From a virus, in the IMG/VR virus record IMGVR_UViG_3300045988_122441: a stretch of 64,000 nucleotides of DNA, one strand, 5' to 3'. Shown one piece after another: positions 16,701-26,609 of this stretch. The first letter of the stretch is position 1; every line of letters begins with the position of its first letter. The position numbers were made by a program, and so were the translations under genes. A model generated the notes under the pieces. That model saw nothing but the letters and a program-made list of their open reading frames with translations. It did not search any database and was not told the DNA's origin.

Positions 16701-16898
16701 ATGGATCTTGAAGAAATGATGATTGATTATGTTTTGAATCGTGCAACACAGGAAGAAGTTGAAGAATTTTTCGGATATGCAGACTACGGAGAATGTACGA
16801 GAGAAACATGCGAAGAAAATATTTCACAGATGCCAGATGAAGAGTTTGATATGTTCGTAAAGAAGTTTCGTCTTCCAACGGACGGGATTAAATTGTAA
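16701..16898 (+). CDS. Hypothetical small acidic protein
   Basis: ATG with RBS aaggagg 5 nt upstream. Confidence 0.5.
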   Translation: MDLEEMMIDYVLNRATQEEVEEFFGYADYGECTRETCEENISQMPDEEFDMFVKKFRLPTDGIKL

Positions 16899-16914
16899 CA
16901 GAAGGAGGATAATC

Positions 16915-17556
16915 ATGAATTTAAAAGAAGCGTTTAGATACCAGAATTTTCTGGATCGGATGTTTAGTGCAGCTGCTCTGAGCATCCAGAAACGAGAGCA
17001 TTGTCTTACACAGACAAGAAATCATCTTTGTAGCAAGGTAAATCCAGATGCAAATGACTTTGAAGAAGAGGTTAAAGTAGAGGAGGAATTCTTTGCAAAT
17101 GACGATGTAATTAAGGCAATGCTCTTTATGATCGGAGAGAAGGAGAAACTCACTATCGCAATCAACAATGCAAAGAAGTCAATCGATCTGGATATTGATG
17201 CGGCTGTGGCTGTCAATAAATATAGACAGCAGCTTAATAGTGCAGTTGCTTTCATGATGAGATTCAAGCCTTGCAATCGTGTGGAGACGGAAATCGGTCA
17301 TAAGTTCAATGTTGCAGGAGATCCGGTTGATTACAAGTACGATGTTGAGGTGACCAGTGTAGAAGCATATGACAGAGATGCTGCAAAGAAGGCTGTGAAA
17401 GAAATTATTTCTGAGGCGGATAAGACATCATCTGAAATCGATGCTGCAAAGGTGAATACCAAAGTTGAATATACTCCGGTATTTGATGTAAATGATTCGT
17501 TCGAGGATGTGATGAATGCTTTCCTCGGTATGAATCAGATTGAGAAACAGGAATAA
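16915..17556 (+). CDS. Hypothetical protein (213 aa)
   Basis: ORF with RBS aaggagga upstream. Confidence 0.6.
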   Translation: MNLKEAFRYQNFLDRMFSAAALSIQKREHCLTQTRNHLCSKVNPDANDFEEEVKVEEEFFANDDVIKAMLFMIGEKEKLTIAINNAKKSIDLDIDAAVAVNKYRQQLNSAVAFMMRFKPCNRVETEIGHKFNVAGDPVDYKYDVEVTSVEAYDRDAAKKAVKEIISEADKTSSEIDAAKVNTKVEYTPVFDVNDSFEDVMNAFLGMNQIEKQE

Positions 17557-18057
17557 GGGAGCCATCGGCTCTCTGATTTGGACAGTAATTTAGGATAGTA
17601 TGATATCAGTGTCTGACAGTACATAACTGTTGGCTTTCAGCGATGAAGGTCTATATTGTAAAAGGCATCCCTTAGAGGGTGTTGATTATAAATTATAAAA
17701 AACGAATATAAATTTTCGAGTGAAAATTAACTTCTCCAATCGCTTTGCAATGCATTATACACCATAACCTTATGTCCCTATAATCTCATATCATAAAACC
17801 CATAGCGTGCATTAAGCTCTACTTAATCTCCAATCAATAAACACGCTATTTTCTTCCTCAAAGGATATTTGAGTTTTAGTTAAAGACACATACGGTAAGT
17901 GTAAAATTGGTGAAAACATGTATTATTATTCGGTCATAGCGACTGGTAACGATACTTTTGCAAATTTAATTGCATGGCTTAGTAAGCCGTTTCTGATATT
18001 CATGTTTGAATAAATTGCTGTTCAAATCAGGGAGCCGATAGAAAGAGGTAAGGTATT

Positions 18058-18513
18058 ATGGCAACATTTGCAGGAGTTAAATTGAAATCAGACTCTCAGA
18101 AAGCCTACTGGTTTTCTGTGCCAGAAGAACTTAGTCCCGATATCCGTATGGGGTGTGATGTTATTTGCACAACAGTAAGAGGGACTATGGAAGGTATAGT
18201 CGTAAAAATTCTCGATGGAATACAAGAAGTCGATGCAGCGAAAATTATTCCGGCAAGACTTTTCCCATTAAAGGGCATCATTGCAGTCGCAAGACAATAC
18301 GAGCTGAAAGATGTGTATGTTCCGATGGAACTTGAGATGGAAGCGGTTAAGCCAGAAGCCATCGCAGGAAGAGTTCAGGAGTTTTATGACACAGGTAGAT
18401 TTCAAAAAGTAGTTATAAAGGCTGGCGGTCAGTTAATTGATGGATATGACGCTTTCCTAGTTGCGAAAATGTTTGGTCATGATTCAATAACTGGATGGAC
18501 GCTTGCAGAATAA
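18058..18513 (+). CDS. Hypothetical protein; same two modules as ORF 7323-7781 in reversed order
   Basis: The N-terminus KAYWFSVPEE..MGCDVICTTVRGTMEGIVVKI parallels the C-terminus of 7323-7781. The C-terminus VVIKAGGQLIDGYDAFLVAKMFG parallels its ParB-N-like segment. Confidence 0.6.
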   Translation: MATFAGVKLKSDSQKAYWFSVPEELSPDIRMGCDVICTTVRGTMEGIVVKILDGIQEVDAAKIIPARLFPLKGIIAVARQYELKDVYVPMELEMEAVKPEAIAGRVQEFYDTGRFQKVVIKAGGQLIDGYDAFLVAKMFGHDSITGWTLAE

Positions 18514-18530
18514 AAGTCAGGGGTGATGAA

Positions 18531-18746
18531 ATGATTAATTCTTTCCTCCAGCTGATTGTTTTTGTGTTTGCGGTTTGGTGTCTTGTGATAGTTATTAAGG
18601 CTATTGTAGATAACCCGGACGCAAGATGTCAGTATGGAAATTGTGATGAATGTCCATTCCCTAGATGTAGAAAGGAGATGGTCAATAATGGGCGTATACA
18701 TAACAGGAGACTGCCACGGCGAATGGACAAAACTAAGGCAGTTTAG
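18531..18746 (+). CDS. Small membrane protein with Cys-rich tail
   Basis: TM segment LQLIVFVFAVWCLVIVIKAIV followed by CQYGNCDECPFPRC. The 3' end overlaps the next gene, so the end point is uncertain. Confidence 0.4.
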   Translation: MINSFLQLIVFVFAVWCLVIVIKAIVDNPDARCQYGNCDECPFPRCRKEMVNNGRIHNRRLPRRMDKTKAV

Positions 18747-19449
18747 CATTATGAAGAAATTAACTGAAGAAGATTTCATCATTGTATGTGGAGACTTCGG
18801 AATTTGGAATGATGCAGACGGATATGAGACATTGGGTCTTAATAGACTGTCAAAAATAAAACCAACGGTCGTATTTGTTTCTGGTAATCATGAAAACTTT
18901 GACAGACTTTACAGTGACGAATTTGAAACAGTTGATTTTCATGGCGGAAAGGCTCAAAAGATAAGAGATAATGTATATCACTTACTCAGAGGATATGTAT
19001 TTGATTTCTGTGGGAAGAAATTCTTTGCGTTCGGTGGAGCAAGTAGCCATGATATTGATGACGGGATTCTTGATCCGGATGATTTTGAATCTTGGCATGA
19101 ATTTACAGAAGTAGCAAAGCAGTGGGAGAAAGATCTGAAAATGTTCAGAATCAAAGGGCTGTCATGGTGGGAGCGGGAGCTTCCAACAGAAGACGAGATG
19201 AACTTCGGGAAAGAAACGCTGAAAACGAATAATAATGAAGTTGACTTTATCATATCTCATTGCTGTCCGCAGCAAATAGCTGCTATATTTTCTCATGGAA
19301 TGTACAAGCATGATGTGCTGACAAACTATTTCGACGAGATTATGGAGTCTACAAAATTTACACGTTGGTATTTTGGTCATTATCACGATGATCGAACAAT
19401 CATGGGTAAATTTGTTATGTTATATTACTCATTTGAAAGAGTGGTGTAA
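18688..19449 (+). CDS. Calcineurin-like metallophosphoesterase
   Basis: Motifs ITGDCHGE, VCGDFG, SGNHENF, GHYHDD. Start taken at the ATG after RBS aaaggaga. Confidence 0.8.
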   Translation: MGVYITGDCHGEWTKLRQFSIMKKLTEEDFIIVCGDFGIWNDADGYETLGLNRLSKIKPTVVFVSGNHENFDRLYSDEFETVDFHGGKAQKIRDNVYHLLRGYVFDFCGKKFFAFGGASSHDIDDGILDPDDFESWHEFTEVAKQWEKDLKMFRIKGLSWWERELPTEDEMNFGKETLKTNNNEVDFIISHCCPQQIAAIFSHGMYKHDVLTNYFDEIMESTKFTRWYFGHYHDDRTIMGKFVMLYYSFERVV

Positions 19450-19450
19450 T

Positions 19451-20050
19451 ATGGAGGTAAAAATCAGTAGTGGAAATTCAAAGCTTGGAAAGATTCCGAG
19501 CGTATCGTTACCTGCGGGGCTTACTTGCAGAAGCGATTGTGAATGTAGTAAGAAGTGTTATGCGAAAAAGCTGGAGAGGTTACGGAGAACCGTAAGAGAA
19601 GCATATCAGCATAATTATGACTTGCTGAAAAATAAACCAGATGTATATTGGAGAGAGGTCGAGGCGTCAATTATGATGTCTCGATTTTTTAGATTCCATG
19701 TTTCTGGTGATATTCCTGATGAAGAGTATCTAATACATATGATCGAAGTGGCTGAGAGAAACCCGCATTGTGAGATTCTCTGTTTCACAAAGAAGTATGA
19801 GATTGTAAATAAAACACTACTTTCATATCCAATTCCAGCCAATTTACATTTGATTTTAAGTGGTTGGGTGGGGTTCAAAATGGAGAACCCATTCAATCTT
19901 CCGGAAGCTCATGTGAGATATAGAGACGGAACAACAACGGCAAGAGGTGACGCAGTTGAATGTGCAGGGAACTGTACTGAGTGTGCGATTACTGATGACG
20001 GGTGTTGGTCGCTTCAGAATGGAGAGCAGGTGGTTTTCAATGAACATTAA
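19451..20050 (+). CDS. Cys-rich conserved phage protein (GP88-like pattern)
   Basis: SSGNSKLGKIPSVSLPAGLTCRSDCECSKKCYA resembles the N-terminus of the phage GP88 family as I recall it. This is an unverified family assignment. Confidence 0.45.
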   Translation: MEVKISSGNSKLGKIPSVSLPAGLTCRSDCECSKKCYAKKLERLRRTVREAYQHNYDLLKNKPDVYWREVEASIMMSRFFRFHVSGDIPDEEYLIHMIEVAERNPHCEILCFTKKYEIVNKTLLSYPIPANLHLILSGWVGFKMENPFNLPEAHVRYRDGTTTARGDAVECAGNCTECAITDDGCWSLQNGEQVVFNEH

Positions 20051-20231
20051 TATGGAAGATATTAAGTCAGCTATTATTGATTTAATAGACGATAATAAAG
20101 AGCATTACGAGTTACCATCTTATGACGAAGGCGGCTATGATGCGGGTTATACAGAGGGATATAACGACGGATTAGTTGATTTGTTAAATCGACTAGGGAT
20201 CAAGCATCATGAGCAAATCATGAACGATTGA
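20040..20231 (+). CDS. Hypothetical small acidic protein
   Basis: Internal ATG overlapping the upstream stop region. Confidence 0.45.
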   Translation: MNINMEDIKSAIIDLIDDNKEHYELPSYDEGGYDAGYTEGYNDGLVDLLNRLGIKHHEQIMND

Positions 20232-20242
20232 AACAGTAGGAG

Positions 20243-20581
20243 GTGATTGATTTGAACAGAGAAAAAAGAAGAAAATTCGTCAAAGAAGCAAGAAAGAAAG
20301 GTATTCCAGACGAATACATTGATGCTTATCTTACGATGCTCAGCGGTAAGGAAATTCATGATAACATTAAAGAAGATGAGAAAGTCATGGTAAATGTTGA
20401 GCGTGTTGTTTCTAGTAAGAATTATGCAACAATGAATGACCGATATAAAAGATTCATCCAAAACTGCGTAGGTCAGGTGTTTACTGCACACGTAGAAGAC
20501 AGCGGATTAATTAGTTTAAAGGAGAGTCCGGAGTGGATATTCTGGGAAGGAGATCTCCTTAAATGTGAGGAGGCTGTTTAG
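20243..20581 (+). CDS. Hypothetical protein (112 aa)
   Basis: RBS aggaggtg precedes a non-ATG start. Confidence 0.5.
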   Translation: MIDLNREKRRKFVKEARKKGIPDEYIDAYLTMLSGKEIHDNIKEDEKVMVNVERVVSSKNYATMNDRYKRFIQNCVGQVFTAHVEDSGLISLKESPEWIFWEGDLLKCEEAV

Positions 20582-20582
20582 T

Positions 20583-21095
20583 ATGGACGTGGTAGATAAA
20601 CTTAAAGCAGAGCTGTGTAAATTTGTGAGTACGAAGTTGGGCGCGAAATACGCAGATCAGCTTTCAATCATGAAAATTGTAGATAAGTACAATAGTCATG
20701 TGGGAACAGTAGAGGGACTTCCGGTCGATTGCATTACCATACATAATCGACTGTTAGTAGTAAGATATAATCAGGAACGTCATACTCTTGAAGATATCAA
20801 TAGAATATATAATAGCGTTAATGATGTTATAAGGGATAATACCGCAAGTGTGGTATGTATACCGGATGACGTGAATATTGCCTCAATGTCTGCCTCTGAT
20901 TTTGGAGATTTAATAAATAAACAGCTTGAAATATATAAGATGGTAAGCCAAAGACCGGTGTATATGAGCGACGCATGGGAGATTAATGACGATTCAGTAA
21001 TGTCTTCATGGAGGGGGTTCCCACCATCACCGTCATCAGCCGGGGTGAGCGGTATGATGTTGCACGGTTTAGGTTATGCACCGTGGAGACTGTAG
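20583..21095 (+). CDS. Hypothetical protein (170 aa)
   Basis: ATG 1 nt after the upstream stop. Confidence 0.5.
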   Translation: MDVVDKLKAELCKFVSTKLGAKYADQLSIMKIVDKYNSHVGTVEGLPVDCITIHNRLLVVRYNQERHTLEDINRIYNSVNDVIRDNTASVVCIPDDVNIASMSASDFGDLINKQLEIYKMVSQRPVYMSDAWEINDDSVMSSWRGFPPSPSSAGVSGMMLHGLGYAPWRL

Positions 21096-21097
21096 TC

Positions 21098-21307
21098 ATG
21101 GGTAGGGCTAAAAGAAAGCCGAAGCCATCAATGCCTAGATGGTATTGGCTAGATCAAGACGGATGCTGGTACTGTAAAAACAGAAATAACTGTAATCAGT
21201 GCAAACCCAATAGGAAATACGTCAAAGAGTACGGCGGAAAGAAATTCAAAGGCAGGCATCCAAACAAAGATAGAGGTAAAGATAAATATTGCAATCAAAG
21301 ATGGTGA
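21098..21307 (+). CDS. Small basic Cys-rich (zinc-finger-like) protein
   Basis: MGRAKRKPKPSMPRWYWLDQDGCWYCKNRNNCNQCKPN carries a CxxC...CxxC pattern. Confidence 0.5.
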   Translation: MGRAKRKPKPSMPRWYWLDQDGCWYCKNRNNCNQCKPNRKYVKEYGGKKFKGRHPNKDRGKDKYCNQRW

Positions 21308-21364
21308 GCGTACAGAAATGTATGTCTCATCATTTTTTGGTGAATAAAAGAAAGGAGCAAATTA

Positions 21365-23956
21365 ATGAATGGATTAAGCAGCAAGGAGGTTCTGGAGAGT
21401 AGAAAGCTTTATGGCAGTAATAAGCTTCCGGAGCCGGAAATGAAAAAATGGTATGACTTTGCAAAAGAAGCGTTGAGTGAAAAAATTACAATGATTTTGA
21501 TTGCAATCGCTGTTCTGCAGTTATTCCTTGGTTTCATGGGAGTGATGGAGCTTTCTGATCCGATCATGATTCTTGTAGTCCTTGCAATCGTAACTGGCAT
21601 TGCTGTGAAAACTGGTCTTGGCGTACAGAAATCAGCAGCAGAATTACGGGCAAAGACGGCAGTCAGGTATTGTGATGTGATTCGTGACGGAAAGGTTCAG
21701 ACAATCAATAAGGATGAATTGGTAGTAGGAGATATTGTATGCATTGGAATGGGACAGGAAATTTTTGCAGATGGTTACATCATTGAAGGTAAAATTTCTG
21801 TAAACAATGCAGCAATCAATGGAGAAACGAAGGAGTGTAAAAAATCCCCTATTCCGGGATACATACATGCAAAAACAACATCTACATCTGCCTATACAAA
21901 CCAGAATTGTCTTTTCGCAGGAACCACAGTTATGGCTGGCGAAGGAAAAATGATTGTTACTGATGTCGGTGTTAATACAGTCAACGGAGATACGATGGTT
22001 AAGATGCAGACACTGGAATCTCCAAAGACGGCACTTGACATTGCTCTGGATAATCTGAGTGATTTCATTTCAAAATGGGGGACAATCGCAGCAGTTATTA
22101 CATTCGCAGTTCTTACAGGAACTGGGATCATCAAAGTCGGATTTAGCAATTACTTTGGTGGAAATATTCTTGAAGTAATTCAGAAAATTGCACAGAACTT
22201 TTCTGTGGCATTAACAATCATTGTTGCCGCAGTACCTGAAGGGCTTCCGCTTATCGTGAAATTGGTAACGAAACAGAATGTAAAGACAATGGAAACGTTC
22301 AACATTCTGGCAAAGAATCCGGGAAAGATCCCAGAACTTGCTTATGTAGACATTATTTGTACTGATAAGACAGGAACGCTGACCACAGGTGTTATGACAC
22401 CAAAGAAAATCATTGATGGATTTGCTGATGAGGTGGATACATCATCGGAACTTTGGAACAATATCGTGGCGAATATTTGCTTGAACAACAGTGCGGTATT
22501 TGATGGAAACGGAGAAATTACCGGAGGCAATTCAATCGACAGAGCAGTGTTGACGCTTGTAGATTCTGATGAATATCAAAAAGTACATGACACTTTACAC
22601 GTTAAAGCTAAACAGGTTTTCAATAGTGCAAATAAATATTCAGCAGTGACTTGCGAAGACAACACTTCCTATTATAAAGGCGCTCCAGAGAAACTGGTTG
22701 AACGATGTACAACAGCACTCGGAGATGGCATTCAGACTTTTACTGATAGTGACAAGGTAAGACTTCTGGAAAATATTAAAATCATGACAATGAGTGCGAT
22801 GAGATGCATTGCTTTGGCAAAAGCAGATGGAGAACTTGTTGAAAATGAACTTCCGAACAACATGACATTGCTCGGCATCATCGGTGTTGTTGATCCGGTC
22901 AGAGCCGAAGTACCAAAGGCTGTGGCAATGGCGCATAAAGCAGGTATTCAGGTAATCGAAATTACTGGTGACTGCCTTGAAACTGCAAAGGCAGTAGCAG
23001 AAGAATGTGGAATCTACATGTATGGTGACTTAGCAATCACAAATGATGAGTTTGAGGCGATGTCAGACGAAGAAGTGAAAGGTATTATTCCTCGGTTGAG
23101 AGTTATTTCCAGATGTTCACCGAACACAAAACTGAGACTGGTGACTCTTGCTCAGGAGATTGGAAAATCTGTAGCTATGACTGGAGATGGAGTGAATGAT
23201 TCTCCAGCACTGAAGAGGGCAGATGTCGGATTTGGAATGCAGGGCGGATCTGATGTTGCAAAAGAAGCATCAGATATCGTACTGACTGATGATAATTTTG
23301 CAAGTGTAGTAAAAGCGGTTGAGCTTGGAAGAACGTTCATGCACAACATCATGATGTTCCTTGAGTTCCAGCTTCCGATCAATATTGCACTTCTGATTCT
23401 AAGCGTGATTTATCCAATGGTTGCGACAGGTGCGCTTCTTGCATCAGTTCAAATTCTGATTGTCAATATCATAATGGATTCTCTGAATTCACTATCCTTC
23501 GGCGGAGAGCCTCCGAAAGAAGAATATATGTCAGAAAGACCTATTAAAAAGGGTTCTGGTCTATTTATCAGAGGGGCGAAAAAGCGGATCGCAATTAGCA
23601 CTGCAGCATTTATTGCACTGTATGGAATTATCACTTTCAGCCCGGTAGCAAATATATTTGCATCAGATATCGAATCTATGACAGCAAGATTTGCTCTGTT
23701 ATGCTTCATGGCAGTGTTTAATGGATTCAATATCCGTACAGAGCATATGAATTTGTTTAACGGCATTAGTAAAAATAAGCTGTTTTCATACATTGCAGTT
23801 GGAATTTTTGCGATGACAGTTATTTTGTGTGATTTCGCAGGAGCACTTATCAAAACTACGGCTCTTAACCCGCACCAGTGGCAGGTAGTTGTTGCGCTTG
23901 CGTTCATGGTTATCCCAATCGATCTTATTAGAAAGATTGTTGATAATAGAAATTAA
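21365..23956 (+). CDS. P-type ATPase, type II (Ca2+-transporting, PMCA/SERCA-like)
   Basis: Phosphorylation motif ICTDKTGTLT, TM4 VPEGLP, hinge MTGDGVNDSPALKRADVGFGM, actuator region, and about 10 predicted TM segments. Confidence 0.9.
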   Translation: MNGLSSKEVLESRKLYGSNKLPEPEMKKWYDFAKEALSEKITMILIAIAVLQLFLGFMGVMELSDPIMILVVLAIVTGIAVKTGLGVQKSAAELRAKTAVRYCDVIRDGKVQTINKDELVVGDIVCIGMGQEIFADGYIIEGKISVNNAAINGETKECKKSPIPGYIHAKTTSTSAYTNQNCLFAGTTVMAGEGKMIVTDVGVNTVNGDTMVKMQTLESPKTALDIALDNLSDFISKWGTIAAVITFAVLTGTGIIKVGFSNYFGGNILEVIQKIAQNFSVALTIIVAAVPEGLPLIVKLVTKQNVKTMETFNILAKNPGKIPELAYVDIICTDKTGTLTTGVMTPKKIIDGFADEVDTSSELWNNIVANICLNNSAVFDGNGEITGGNSIDRAVLTLVDSDEYQKVHDTLHVKAKQVFNSANKYSAVTCEDNTSYYKGAPEKLVERCTTALGDGIQTFTDSDKVRLLENIKIMTMSAMRCIALAKADGELVENELPNNMTLLGIIGVVDPVRAEVPKAVAMAHKAGIQVIEITGDCLETAKAVAEECGIYMYGDLAITNDEFEAMSDEEVKGIIPRLRVISRCSPNTKLRLVTLAQEIGKSVAMTGDGVNDSPALKRADVGFGMQGGSDVAKEASDIVLTDDNFASVVKAVELGRTFMHNIMMFLEFQLPINIALLILSVIYPMVATGALLASVQILIVNIIMDSLNSLSFGGEPPKEEYMSERPIKKGSGLFIRGAKKRIAISTAAFIALYGIITFSPVANIFASDIESMTARFALLCFMAVFNGFNIRTEHMNLFNGISKNKLFSYIAVGIFAMTVILCDFAGALIKTTALNPHQWQVVVALAFMVIPIDLIRKIVDNRN

Positions 23957-23969
23957 GGAGGTATGAGAA

Positions 23970-24548
23970 ATGTCAATTAGTTTAGTTAAGGGTCAGAAGA
24001 TTGATCTCACAAAAGGAAATGCAGGACTCAAGAAAGTGGTCTTTGCTCTTGGATGGGATACTAATCGGTACGACGGAGACGCAGAATTTGATCTCGATGT
24101 GTCTGCGTTTTTCACAGATGACTCAGGAAAGGTAACTGGAGAACAGGATTTTGTTTTCTATGGTCAGCCGCAGCATCCGAGTGGAGCACTTATATATTCT
24201 GGTGATAACAGAACCGGAGATGGTGACGGGGATGATGAAACAATGGCTGTCGAACTTAGCAAGATTCCTGCAAACATCTCCAAAATCAGTTTTGCCGCTA
24301 CTATCTATGATGCGGAAAATAGACTGCAGAATTTTGGTATGGTAGATAATTCATATATCAGAGCATACGATGCTGATACAAAAGAAGAGCTGTTCAAGTA
24401 TGAACTGAATGAAGATTTCTCACTGGAAACAGGAGTTGTAGCAGGAGAGCTGTATCGTAGAAACGGAGAGTGGAAGTTCAATGCTGTTGGTTCTGGATTT
24501 GCTGGTGGTTTAGCTGCCGTTTGTAGAAACTTTGGTGTGAATTTATAA
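23970..24548 (+). CDS. TerD-domain stress protein (paralog 1)
   Basis: [15 protein letters not shown]...LGWD...FDLDVSAF...[13 protein letters not shown]...GEWKFNAVG is the canonical TerD/TerE/TerZ pattern, including the Ca2+-binding acidic loops. Confidence 0.9.
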   Translation: MSISLVKGQKIDLTKGNAGLKKVVFALGWDTNRYDGDAEFDLDVSAFFTDDSGKVTGEQDFVFYGQPQHPSGALIYSGDNRTGDGDGDDETMAVELSKIPANISKISFAATIYDAENRLQNFGMVDNSYIRAYDADTKEELFKYELNEDFSLETGVVAGELYRRNGEWKFNAVGSGFAGGLAAVCRNFGVNL

Positions 24549-24566
24549 GAAAGGAAGTACAGGAAT

Positions 24567-25139
24567 ATGTCAGTAAGTTTGGTAAAAGGTCAGAAAATCA
24601 ATCTCTCAAAAGAAGTTGCAGGTTTAAAGAAGGTAGTTGTAGGTCTCGGATGGGATGCTGCAAAGCAGGGGCTGTTTGGTCATAAGCCAAATATCGACTG
24701 CGATGCATCTGCCATTATCTTAGGAAAGGGCAATAAATATCGAGGCGTCGTTTACTATGGAGATCGATCAGCAGAAAATGGCTGTGTATATCATCACGGT
24801 GATAACCTTACTGGTGATGGAGATGGTGATGACGAGCAGATCACAGTAAATCTGGACAAGATGCCAGCTGATGTGGAAAAGGTTGTGTTCGTTGTGAATA
24901 TCTATGCCTGCACATCCAGAAAACAGGATTTCGGTCTGGTTGAGAACGCATTCATCAGACTGGTTGATGACGCAACTGGAAAAGAAATTTGCAAATATGA
25001 TCTGTCAGAAAACTATGCAGGAAAGACTGCTATGGTATTTGCGGAGGTTTATAAGAAAGATGGTGAATGGAAATTCAATGCGATCGGGCAGGGAACAAAC
25101 GACACCAGTATCAGTGAGCTTACCAACAGATACAAATAA
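24567..25139 (+). CDS. TerD-domain stress protein (paralog 2)
   Basis: [15 protein letters not shown]...[13 protein letters not shown]...GEWKFNAIG. Confidence 0.9.
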   Translation: MSVSLVKGQKINLSKEVAGLKKVVVGLGWDAAKQGLFGHKPNIDCDASAIILGKGNKYRGVVYYGDRSAENGCVYHHGDNLTGDGDGDDEQITVNLDKMPADVEKVVFVVNIYACTSRKQDFGLVENAFIRLVDDATGKEICKYDLSENYAGKTAMVFAEVYKKDGEWKFNAIGQGTNDTSISELTNRYK

Positions 25140-25258
25140 TGCAGAGAAATTTGAATACTTGAAGAAGAATCCAGATAGATTCCTTGAGAATTTCTTCGGG
25201 ATTAAATTCTTTTGGTATCAGAGAATTTTGCTGAAAATAATAGCAAAGGAGAAGAGAC

Positions 25259-25840
25259 ATGTCAGTATCATTAAGTAAAGGACAGAGGGTTGATCTTACA
25301 AAAGGTCGCCCTTCATTAAAGAATATTTTCGTAGGTCTTGGTTGGGACATCAACCATTACGATGGAGAGGCTGATTTTGACCTTGATGCATCTGCTTTTA
25401 TGACGAAAGCAAATGGAAAGGTAGGATCAGACGGAGATTTCATCTTCTATGGCAACCTGGCGCATAGTTCAAAGAGCGTGGTGCATATGGGTGATAACCG
25501 TACCGGAGAAGGTGAAGGTGATGATGAGGTAATCAATATTAAACTCGATCAGGTTCCTGTTGATTACGAGACAATCGCCGTAACTGTAACAATCTACGAT
25601 GCAGAAAACAGACTCCAGAACTTTGGAATGGTTGAAAATGCATATATCAGAGTTGTTGATGCAGATACCGGAGAAGAACTGATGAGATTCGATCTTAGTG
25701 AGGATTTCTCTACAGAAACAGCATTGGTTGTTGCTGAAATTTATCGTCATAATGGCGAATGGAAATTTAAAGCTGTCGGAGGTGGATACAGCGGAGGTCT
25801 TAAATCTCTTTGTAGCCAGTATGGGATTGACGCAGAATAG
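25259..25840 (+). CDS. TerD-domain stress protein (paralog 3)
   Basis: MSVSLSKGQRVDLTK...GDNRTGEGEGDDE...GEWKFKAVG. Confidence 0.9.
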   Translation: MSVSLSKGQRVDLTKGRPSLKNIFVGLGWDINHYDGEADFDLDASAFMTKANGKVGSDGDFIFYGNLAHSSKSVVHMGDNRTGEGEGDDEVINIKLDQVPVDYETIAVTVTIYDAENRLQNFGMVENAYIRVVDADTGEELMRFDLSEDFSTETALVVAEIYRHNGEWKFKAVGGGYSGGLKSLCSQYGIDAE

Positions 25841-25849
25841 GAGGATATT

Positions 25850-26596
25850 ATGACAAACTTCATGTTTATGGTAATTGTTGTAATCGTACTTGCTGTCATC
25901 ATTCTCTTCGGAACCGTCTTCGGAAAGCAGCTTCGTGTGAAGATGAAAGGCAGAACTGACGAGGTAATGCGGCAGGATGCTCAGACTCCAGAGGGAGCAA
26001 AAGATTACTACAATGCAGCGATTCGAGAGAAAGAGGAGTTCTACAATAGAGCATCTACGAGCTTCGCAGAAATCTCCGGGAAACGAAAGGCAGCACAGGA
26101 TGATCTGCGAAATGCGAATAAAGAGTACATGAGAGTCTCAAAGCAGATGAATGACTGTATTGATGGTAATAATGAAAATGAAGCAATGCAGTATGCGATG
26201 AAGAAATCAACTCTGGAAAATAAAATCAATGTGTTGAAGGATACAATCGCAGAGATGAAAGAGGCAGAAGCCCATCAGAAAGATATTATGCAGCAGGCGG
26301 CTGATGATTTACAGCGTCTCAAAGAAGAGAAAGAACAGGTAGTCTTCCAGATGGAAGCAGACAGCCAGATCATCGAGCTTCATCAGAGCATGGATTCTCT
26401 CAACATGAATAACGAGAGCGAAAGAATGCTGGAACGTGTTCGTGAGGGAGCAAGAAAGACACGAGAAAGAGCCGAAGGAAGCAGAATTGCATATGATTCA
26501 AGCTCACAGGCAGCGGATCGTAGGCTCGCGGCTTCTGAAAGAGAAAGAAATGCTCGTCAGATTCTCGAAGAAGCAAAAAGACAGCGAGGAAAGTAA
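25850..26596 (+). CDS. PspA/IM30-like (or TelA-like) coiled-coil membrane-stress protein with N-terminal TM anchor
   Basis: N-terminal TM (FMFMVIVVIVLAVIILFGTVF) followed by about 220 aa of heptad-rich helical sequence. The family call rests on composition and context, not on a specific motif. Confidence 0.45.
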   Translation: MTNFMFMVIVVIVLAVIILFGTVFGKQLRVKMKGRTDEVMRQDAQTPEGAKDYYNAAIREKEEFYNRASTSFAEISGKRKAAQDDLRNANKEYMRVSKQMNDCIDGNNENEAMQYAMKKSTLENKINVLKDTIAEMKEAEAHQKDIMQQAADDLQRLKEEKEQVVFQMEADSQIIELHQSMDSLNMNNESERMLERVREGARKTRERAEGSRIAYDSSSQAADRRLAASERERNARQILEEAKRQRGK

Positions 26597-26609
26597 TTCC
26601 GGTGAAAAT

